Assembly (NCBI GenBank): GCA_951406725.2 | Contig: OX597818.1 | Coordinates: 13,826,001-13,890,000, forward strand | Source of the DNA: Octopus vulgaris | Lineage: Eukaryota | DNA: 64,000 nucleotides | Direction of reading: 5' to 3' | Part shown: one piece after another, positions 54,535 through 64,000 of the stretch | How the letters are laid out: every line of letters starts with the position of its first letter | Numbering within the stretch: position 1 is the stretch's first letter | Made by a program: the position numbers and the translations under genes | The notes under the pieces: generated by a model | What the model was told of the DNA's origin: nothing | Database searches by the model: none | Seen by the model: the letters and a program-made list of their open reading frames with translations, nothing else

Positions 54535-55735
54535 ATGGCAAATGTTGGAATCCGTGGAAAAGTTCTACACTGGATTAAGTATTTCCTGGCGAATAGAACA
54601 CAACATGTTGTAGTTGATGGAGTCCACTCAAGCCCAGCAAAAGTCACCAGCGGTGTTCCCCAGGGGACTATTTTGGGTCCGCTACTCTTCATAATTTACA
54701 TAAATGACCTTTCCAGTGTCGTACATTACTGCAAAGTGAAAATATTTGCTGATGACACTAAGCTCCAGCAAACCGTCAATGAAGAAGCAGACCGAACTCA
54801 ACTCCAGTTTGATCTATATGCTGTGAGTCAATGGGCAGACAGAAACAAAATGCAACTGAACGAGGGAAAATTTGAGCTGATGCATTTTGGAAGAAATTCC
54901 TCACTAAAACAACCATACTCTCTTCCTTCAGGGGAACCGCTCACAGCCTCTAACAATATCAGAGACCTGGGTGTAATTGTTGATGACGATCTCAGTTGGA
55001 GTGCACACATCAACAAGAAGGTCGATATAGCTCGTAGGATGAGTTCCTGTATCTTAAGACCTTTCCGGTCCAGAGAACAAGGTGTCATCATACCACTTTT
55101 CTCCTCCTTTGTACGGCCACACCTTGAATATTGCTGCCCACTGTGGTCTTCCCATACAAGACAAAACATCTCCAGGACTGAGTCACCCCAGAGGGTACAC
55201 ACTAAACGAATTGAAGGAATGGCTGCTCTCGATTATTGGGATCGCCTTAAAGCCTTGAAACTTTACTCCCTCCAGCGTCGCCGTGAGCGGTAAATCATTT
55301 GTACGATGTGGAGAATATACCGCCAACTTTGCCCAAACGACCTTAACATTAGCTTCAAGGTTCATCCAAGACTGGGACCACGGGCCATACGTCCCCTGCC
55401 CAATTCAAGATCACAACATACATGTACACTGCAACATAATTTCTTTTCCTCAACAGGCCCTGCCCTATTTAACATTGACCCGAGAGAGATTAAAGAGGAA
55501 AAGGATCCCATCAACTTTAAACGGAGTCTGGATAGATTCCTTCAAAGAAAACCAGATAAGCCACCCATAATTGGATACAACTCACCCAACAAGAACTCAC
55601 TACTTGAACAAAACTTGACTCAAACAAAACTTGACTTAAACAGGATTCGAAAAATCCTATCAGGTGGTCCTATTAAGTTAGACATGGCCTGGACCAATCT
55701 TTGGTCGAAACATATCTAAGTTATCTAAGATATCT
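54535..55735 (+). mobile_element. CR1-type LINE, 5'-truncated RT C-half, one in-frame stop
   Basis: SGVPQGTILGPLLFIIYIND, KIFADDTKL, RPHLEYCCPLWS, LYSLQRRRER*. ORFs 54535-55293 and 55306-55719 are in frame. Tail is (tatctaag)n-like. Confidence 0.92.
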
Positions 55736-55819
55736 ATCTATCTATATATATATATGCATACGTATATATTTATATATAGGTATATGTATATAAATATATG
55801 TGCATATCTATATGTATAA

Positions 55820-55873
<54 letters not shown>

Positions 55874-56507
55874 GTATGTATGTATCTATAATGTATATGT
55901 ATATATATATGCATATGAATATATATACGTCGACTATAGGTATGATAATCTTTAAGTTGTAGAAGTGATGGAACTCTGCGGTTAGAAACATGTGTTTATA
56001 TTTTGTTATTTTATTATCTTTTAAACAGTTTTAATTAGCTTTAATTGCAGCAAAGTTTTATAGTAATACTTAATTACAAATATATTTTTATCAGTTCCTA
56101 TTTAATAATTTAATGTTTTTATTAGTTACTGGTAAGTTTGCATTATAAGTTGTAAGGTTAGTATGTATTAAGAGTAAGTAGTGCTATTTGTATTAACTTC
56201 TGAATTATAAAACAATGGCTTTCATTTATTTATAGAACATTAAAACGCAGTTTTCACTTGCTTTTATTATAATAATAACTATGGAAAACTGGTGGGATTA
56301 TAATTTGCATGGACTTAAACATTGGTCGCTATTTAATATATAATTTAGTTATTGTATTTCGCATTTGGATTTGGTTTGCAAGATTCTTTATGTGAGTTCA
56401 TGTGTTGAAGCATATTCTGTTGTGTCTGGGGAGAGTCATTTTCGTTTTGTGCCTTATAATTTAACACACTCACCGATAAAATTTCCACTGTTATCTTATT
56501 TTTATTT

Positions 56508-56546
56508 TCTTAAAATTTTCGTTGCGTTTTGCATCCTTTTCAATAG
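56508..56546 (-). ncRNA. Possible mini hammerhead relic, U3-A8 variant
   Basis: Minus strand: ta-TTGAAAA-g-gatgc-aaaac-gcaac-GAAA-ATTT-ta. Stems are imperfect. Confidence 0.25.
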
Positions 56547-56942
56547 TCTTGTAGTTATTGTAGGTTTACTATTAATACAAATACATACATTAATATGTTT
56601 CTTGTAGTTTAATTTTAAAGTTAGTGTTTAATCCTACCTATATTTAAATTGAATATTGTTGTACATAAGTAAGTTTGAAATTATCGTTTGTTTTTGGTAT
56701 GTTTGTGTTGTAACAACACTTCTTTTAGTGCTTTTTAATACCGCCAGATTGAATGGTACTGCCAACGTGTCGAAACCACGATAATATCCATAGGGCAGGT
56801 GATTATGGTGGCATGTTGGATTGTTGGTATATGTATGAAAATATACATATACATAATAATGTAAATAAATAATGTAAATTAGTAAACATATATATGTTCC
56901 ACATTTCAGTTTTTCGTGAGTATATGTACTCATATGTATATG

Positions 56943-57075
56943 TATATCTCCGAAGAGGCCTTATGATACTTTTGTAAATGTCTCATTTATATCCATATAT
57001 TGACCTACCATAAAAGGCTAATATTGGTAAAATGAGACATACTTATCTACATGGCCGAAACAGCTGTAAGATGTA
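56943..57075 (+). ncRNA. Type I hammerhead with long stem II (U4C variant)
   Basis: tatatct-CCGAAGA-ggcc...(atgtctcattt/aaatgagacat)...ggcc-GAAAC-AGCT-GTA-agatgta. Palindromic stem III ACAGCTGT. Confidence 0.7.
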
Positions 57076-57497
57076 ATCTATACTTATAGTCATATTTACT
57101 TATATTTATATTCTCTTTTTTATATATATTCTACTTATTATACAACATTACTATTTTATGTACACTTTTTTGCGTACACTCCTTTGTGTACACTGATTTG
57201 TTTTGCTTTCTTATGTTTAACCCAACAGTCTCTTATGTGGTGGTTTAATAAAGTATGCGATTGAGCATTTTCTGATAATTGATATTTGATTTAGATGTAT
57301 TTTGTCCATTTTCTTATCTTGTATTAGTAATTTGTGGTAAATCATTTTACCTTTGCCCATATAATACAGTAAATGAATTGATTGCATCGCAATCCTTAAC
57401 ATTTATGTATTAACATTGTTGGGTACTTCACTAGCAGTATATTGGATATAGGTTATCCCATGGAGGGTTGCATTTACAACCCCTATCTCAATTTGTA

Positions 57498-57546
<49 letters not shown>

Positions 57547-57623
57547 ATGTATATATATAAATATGCATATGTATGTATGTATATATATATATATATTTAT
57601 ATATATATACATACATATACGTA

Positions 57624-59737
57624 TACTTTGATACTTTGATACTTTGATAGGTTTCGGCCATTATTGGCCCAGGCCATGTCTAACTTAATAGCACCACCTG
57701 GTGAAGTCTTTCAAGTCAGAATTTGGGCACTATGGCCCACTCAAGTAGAGAGTTATTGTTTACAGAGACATATCCGGGTGTAGGGGGTTTATCCGGGATT
57801 TCTTGAAGGAATCTGTCCAAAGACTTCTTGAACCCTATAGGGTCAGTTTCTGTTTTAATGTGTTTTGGTGTAATGTTAAAGAGAGCGGGGCCAATTGAGG
57901 TGAAATAATTGTGCCGTATTGTTGTTATGAGATGAGAGTGCGATTTTTGTTTTGGGCGGATGGCACGGGGCCCAAGCCTTGGATGTACCTTAAAGGTGAT
58001 GCCAACATCATTTGGGCAATGCTGATGGAATATTTTCCACATCATGCAGATGATGTAGCGCTCACGACGACGTTGGAGAGAATAGAGTTTTAGCTTTTCT
58101 AGTCGACCCCAATAGTCGAGGCCTGTCATGCCATCTATCTTTTTTGTGATTGCCCTTTGAGGTGCTTCGACTTTTATGATACCTTGTATTGTGTGGGGAG
58201 ACCACAGTGGACAACAGTATTCAAGGTGGGGTCGGGCAAAAGTGGAGAAGAGAAGGATAATGGTGTGGATATCTCTCGACTGGAAAGTTCTGAGAATCCA
58301 GGAACACATTCTGCGGGCCATGTCAACTTTGGTGTTTATATGAGTGGCCCAGCTTACGTTGTTGTCCACAATTACTCCCAAGTCTCTGATGTTGTTGGAC
58401 GCCGCGAGAGTTTCACCTGAAGGAAGGGAGTATGGGAGTTTCAGGGCATCCTCTTTTCCAAAGTGGATTAGCTCAAATTTATCCTCGTTCAGCAGCATAT
58501 TGTTTTTTTCTGCCCATTGGATAACAGCCAGTAGATCTGACTGAAGGCATGTCCGGTCACTCGCCTCATTTATGACCTTCTGTAGCTTGGAGTCATCTGC
58601 AAAGATTTTTATGTTGCTGTGCTTGATGATGTCATTAATGTCATTAATGTAAATGATGAAAAGAAGTGGGCCCAGCACAGTGCCTTGCGGAACGCCACTA
58701 CTGACTTTGGCTGGGCTTGATTTTACCCCTTCAACTACAACATGTTGAGATCTGTCTGTCAGGAAACACTTAATCCATTTCAGTAACTTTCCAGAGACAC
58801 CAATGTTGGATAGTTTTTTCAATAGGATCTTGTGATCGACCCTGTCGAAGGCCTTACTGAAATCAAGGTAGATGACATCGGTGTTGGAGCCCTCTCCCAA
58901 AGCTCTCAAAATGTCCTCAAAGTGATGCAGGAGCTGCGTTAGGCAGTCCCTTCCATTACGGAACCCATGTTGGTTGGAGATCAGCCGTCTGTTGCTTTCC
59001 AGAAATTAGGTTATTTGAGATCTCACCACCCTCTCAAATACCTTGATGATATGAGAGGTGAGTGAGATCGGACGGTAATTCACTGCAAGGGACTTGTTTC
59101 CCTTTTTGAAAACTGGGACAACAGACTGGGACAGAAGGTTTTTTGGAATATAGCCAGCATCCAGTGAGTTTCTCCACAGATTAGCAAGGGGAGATGCAAG
59201 TTGGTGTCGACACACCTTCAGGACACAAGCAGGGAACCTATCGGGGCCTACTGCTGAATTGTGTTTTATTTCGTTTATCGCCGCTAAGACATCAGGGGCA
59301 CTAAACGTTATGTCCGATATAGTGTGTTGGGGGTTGACATCACTGATACAGCCCAGATCGGCCATATCAGGATTGCTGAAAACAGAGCAGTATTGTTTCT
59401 GCAGTATCTCGGCCATGGATTTGGCATTATCTTGGAGAGTGCCAGTTTCGTCAATTAGAGGGCCTACAGTGGAGACAGTGACCCTGCGTTTCCTCGCAAA
59501 TGAAAAGAACACTTTGGGGTTGAGTTTGATTTTTTCAATGGCCCACTTCTCCTCAGCTGATCTTTGGTTATTGATGAGGGACTTCATGCATTGTTGGAGG
59601 TTATATTTTTTGGATTCAAGCAGTGCGATAGCCGTCGAATGTGTGTGTTGCTGTTGGCAGTACTTTAGTTTGTTAATTTTTTTGTTTGTTCTTTTTATTT
59701 TTCTGATAATGGTTTTTCTGTTTTGGGGGATTCTGCA
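57624..59737 (-). mobile_element. Young CR1-type LINE, 5'-truncated, complete RT domain, single in-frame TAA at 59006-59008
   Basis: [49 protein letters not shown]. Reads through in frame to 57716. Tail is (tatcaaag)x3. Both ends abut TA-rich tracts. Confidence 0.95.
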
Positions 59738-59757
59738 CATACATATACATACATATA

Positions 59758-59820
<63 letters not shown>

Positions 59821-59827
59821 ATGTATG

Positions 59828-59917
<90 letters not shown>

Positions 59918-59986
59918 TATGTTTGTGCGTGTGTGTATAATAAGTAATATTCATGGACACTTTTACATGGCTGCGCGTTCCAGCGG

Positions 59987-60257
59987 ATTTTACTGCGATG
60001 TTTTAACCCCAAGGGGAATCTCCTCTAGATAATTAACAACACAGAGCTGCATACGATTGAGTAGGTAGCAGGGGCGTGAACACCTAAATTTTCCTAGCAA
60101 CGGGACTATTAGACTACCCTTTGATTTGGGCCGTTTCTGCCCCTCCGCAGGAGATGGTACTGGTTCACTCCTCTGCACGCACTTTTATCAGATGCAGTTG
60201 GGTATCATTAAGCAGCTAGACGAGACTACGCTTGGGGTTAGAAAATCGCAGTACAGT
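59987..60257. mobile_element. Small element with ~27-bp inverted termini inside TA-rich DNA
   Basis: tactgcgatgttttaaccccaag versus cttggggttagaaaatcgcagta. Confidence 0.5.
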
Positions 60258-60402
60258 CTGTCCAAACGGACAACTCTGTTAAAGTGGCTACAAATATTAC
60301 TTGTCAGTAGAAATACTGCGTTGATCACTTAGAGAGATTTTTAGATCTACAATTACTGGTTCTATGTATATATGTGTTTGTGTATGTATGTATGTATGTA
60401 TG

Positions 60403-60436
<34 letters not shown>

Positions 60437-60566
60437 TGTATGTATGTATATATATATATATATATGTATGTATTTACATATATGTATATATATACACATA
60501 TGTTTATATGTGTTTTATACATAAATATATAAGTGTATATTTATATGAATATATGTTCATATATAC

Positions 60567-60616
<50 letters not shown>

Positions 60617-60716
60617 CTAGGTATATATATATGTATATATCTACATATGTATATATATATATATATGTACATACATTGATGCACAGTTACACACATATTC
60701 ATATATATACATGTAC

Positions 60717-60773
<57 letters not shown>

Positions 60774-60817
60774 CATATATATATATGTGTGTATATATAT
60801 ATGTACGTATATGTATG

Positions 60818-60882
<65 letters not shown>

Positions 60883-60889
60883 TATATAT

Positions 60890-61395
60890 TAGAACAAGAA
60901 AAGTATATAGGTTTTCGCAAATGCAGATATGAACTGCGAATCTCAGAAATTTGATCTACTGCATTAAATTTCTGAATTGCGAGGAATTTTATACAGGCGA
61001 GACAGGGAATGCATTATCGGAAAGCTCACCGTCAAAAATCAGGTACACCAATATTCGTCAAATTCCATTGACCAAAAATATAGAAACATGTGGTCAGAAA
61101 ATGTTTCTACATTTTTCTTTCCACAAATCCATGTCACAAGCGAGGTTGGAAGAAAAAGTAAAGAAAACCATTTTATTAAATGCACAAACCTGTCCTGAAC
61201 GGAAATACAACTATTATATATGAACCAGTTAGTAATATAGATTAAAAATATCTTTCACATATTCATATAAGCAAATCACAGAATGCCGGCAGGCCCGGCA
61301 ATCTGTGACGTTTAAGAGGCGTGGGGATTGGTCAAAACCGTATAAACAAATGATGTATTATTCTATACACATTTACAAAACTTTGGAAAATATAA
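60890..61395 (+). mobile_element. Penelope-like element 3' end: decayed GIY-YIG endonuclease, flanked by (TA)n
   Basis: [30 protein letters not shown]...RQIPLTKNIETCG...RKSKENHFIK matches the CxSxNLIYxIxCxxCxxxYxGET GIY-YIG motif of Penelope/Neptune-type elements. Confidence 0.8.
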
Positions 61396-61408
61396 TATAT
61401 ATATATAT

Positions 61409-61499
<91 letters not shown>

Positions 61500-61669
61500 G
61501 TATATATATGTATATGTATATGTATATATATATGTGATTTCTTGTTTGGATTTACTATATATGTATGTATTTATATATGTATATATATATATATGTGGAT
61601 TTATATAAGTATATACGTATATATGTATATGTATATACATGTATATATATATGTATATATGTGTATATG

Positions 61670-61702
<33 letters not shown>

Positions 61703-61795
61703 GTATATATATGTATATATATATATGTATATATGTGCCTCTCTCTCTCTATATATATATATATGTATATAAGTTTATATATACATGTATGTATA

Positions 61796-61843
<48 letters not shown>

Positions 61844-62149
61844 GCCAAAAATTGGTTAATTGTTATCTCGCGGATGAACGTCAATATAAATTGCAGCCTA
61901 AACGTACACCAATAGTACAAAAAGTTCATGCCATTATACGAGGATATGAGATTTAGTCTTAAGGATATCATGTATGGTTACATATATATTTTTTCTCTCG
62001 AAGGTTCCGAGATGATACAAGCCCTGGACACTTTGCTTTTACATTTTTAGCAAACATTTCCCGAATATAGCTTAGACTGAGCGATGTTCAATATTTCCAT
62101 ATACACACACACGCACACATACATACAAACACACATACTTATATAACCA

Positions 62150-62830
62150 TTACCATATCCGATTGAGGAGTTATAATATATCTATGTCCTGCCTAATCAG
62201 CCTGGATTTGGCTTTAATAGCATTGTCAATAGTATATCTAACAAGAATTCTTACCTCTCAGTTAATAAGCGTTCCTTTAGTAAACATGCCCTGTACTAAA
62301 ACCTGATTCTCCAGAATAAAATATTTGTTAGAATTTCCTTATACCCAGTAGATTAAAAACAAAAGTAACACTTATTTTTCTCAGTTGACAATCTAAGCCT
62401 ACCAGGCTTGTCTTTACCCATCAAAACACCGTCAACTTGAAACTGTATTCCCTTACAGCCAGTACTTACCCAGTATTACGGAAGGTGAATAATTTCATGT
62501 TCTCCCGCGGTAGACTTCTCATCACCTCACTGCGTTTTAAGAACTCCAAGAGCTGAAAGCTGAGATCTAGTTTGCCCCATAATTCTTTCTCCAGTTTAAA
62601 TCTTTTACCAAACTTATTTTTCAAAATCCTTATATTTAATTTATCATCAGATAATCTTTAATAAAAATTAAATAAAAATCTCGTATTCTACAACACCACA
62701 TTTAGAATCAAGAATTACCTCTTCCAATAGTGAGGCTAAGTTGCCTTACTGTGGAACTTATGGTTTGCTCCCCTGAGTCCAACATTAACCCACCAGATAC
62801 TAATACAAGGAACTTCAAACATAGCAACTA
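62150..62830 (-). mobile_element. Possible decayed LINE AP-endonuclease relic
   Basis: Only faint motifs (ISIWWVNVGLRG, VLAVREY, SRLIR). Many stops. Confidence 0.15.
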
Positions 62831-63418
62831 GTATCATTTAAACTTCGAATGACGTGTTAAGTTTAAGAGGTACAAGAACTGTAATCATATTATATTCCAA
62901 CGCTAACTCTAATCTCCTGTAATCTCACTTGGAATGGTCCTTCAATTAGAATATAAGTTCAGAATCCCTATCTAATACTTGGATCTTCAGTTCAATTCAC
63001 TCAATCGCATGGGTGAGGCCTTGAACAAAGTTACATAGGAAAGTATAATTTGGATGAATATGTACAACTATTTTAAATTTAAATAAAATAAAAGGATATA
63101 GGTGCAACATCAAAAGACACTGGGGCACTTATTAAGCAGTAACACGTGTCAGATTGCAATTTTATAACAATAATGGCAGAAGATATATAATTCTCCATTC
63201 TTCTGTATGTTGTATATATATATATATATATATATATAATAATAATAAATATTAGGGAATAAATCCAAATTTACAGGGAAAAAATCAGATTTCGGATTAA
63301 ATCCAATTTTATAGTAAAATATTATAAAATATTATTAGAGACAAAACCACTATTTTGCAAAACAAACAAGGAAAGACTTAATCAATACATAAAATTTTAA
63401 TAAATAGTCAAAAAACCG

Positions 63419-63461
63419 CCACTACAATTGTTTCCTGTCTTGATCGACAATCTTCAGGTGG
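63419..63461 (-). ncRNA. Canonical minimal type I hammerhead ribozyme in a pLTR-like element starting at the (TA)n tract near 63237
   Basis: Minus strand: ccac-CTGAAGA-ttgtc-gatcaa-gacag-GAAAC-AATT-GTA-gtgg. Complete core, all stems pair, palindromic stem III ACAATTGT. Confidence 0.85.
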
Positions 63462-63632
63462 ACTTCCAATCTAAAATATCAATATTTTAAAATATAAAAA
63501 TAATAATTTTAAAATAATTAAAGTATTAATGAAAAAATATAAATATATAATCCATATATAACCTATATATAATCCATATATAATCAATATATAAACAATA
63601 TATAAACTAAAATAAACCTATCAACAATTAAA

Positions 63633-63716
63633 TATAAAATATAAAATATAAAATATAAAATATAAAATATAAAATATAAAATAAAAAATATAAAATATAA
63701 AATATAAAATATAAAA
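63633..63716. repeat. (ATAAAAT)n 7-mer tandem repeat
   Basis: Directly visible. Confidence 0.9.
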
Positions 63717-64000
63717 CAAAACAAAAAAATAATAATAATATAATAATAAACTATATATACACCCATACACATATAACTAATTATATATAACCATATCTAA
63801 CTACATACACTAAATCACACTCCTATATATATATCCCTATACATACACATAAAAACGTCTAGGCAACTATAAATAAATAAAATAGCTAAATACTTCAACA
63901 CAATACTTATTCATACTCTCACACACACACATACAACCCACATTCACGCTCTAGAAACGGACATCACTTAAAATTATGAACGGAGAAATGGAATAAATGG

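Noticed and set aside
57716-58909. 397-aa ORF as a functional gene
   Set aside because: It is part of a 5'-truncated LINE ORF2 lying downstream of a nonsense codon.

Overview
AT-rich eukaryotic DNA, intergenic or intronic. The (TA)n/(AAT)n microsatellite load and the tRNA-derived SINE types suggest a cephalopod (Octopus) genome, which is an inference. I found no host protein-coding exon, and most listed ORFs are microsatellite artefacts. The window is a patchwork of transposable elements: two RTE LINE 3' ends, an internally deleted R4/Dong-type element abutting a ~490-bp (AAT)n array, two young convergent CR1-type LINE copies each broken by one stop codon, a Penelope-like GIY-YIG relic, Tc1, mariner and maT relics, a solo LTR, a TRIM-like LTR unit, MITE-like foldbacks and many modular SINEs. 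The main unexplained structure is a dense set of unrelated short elements wedged between (TA)n tracts. Many carry a minimal type I hammerhead ribozyme (HHR) motif: about 15 intact or degenerate copies, with C3-G8, U3-A8 and G3-C8 core variants. One is a 546-nt retrozyme-like unit bounded by two near-identical HHR-bearing repeats. All calls were made by eye, and coordinates of decayed elements are approximate.
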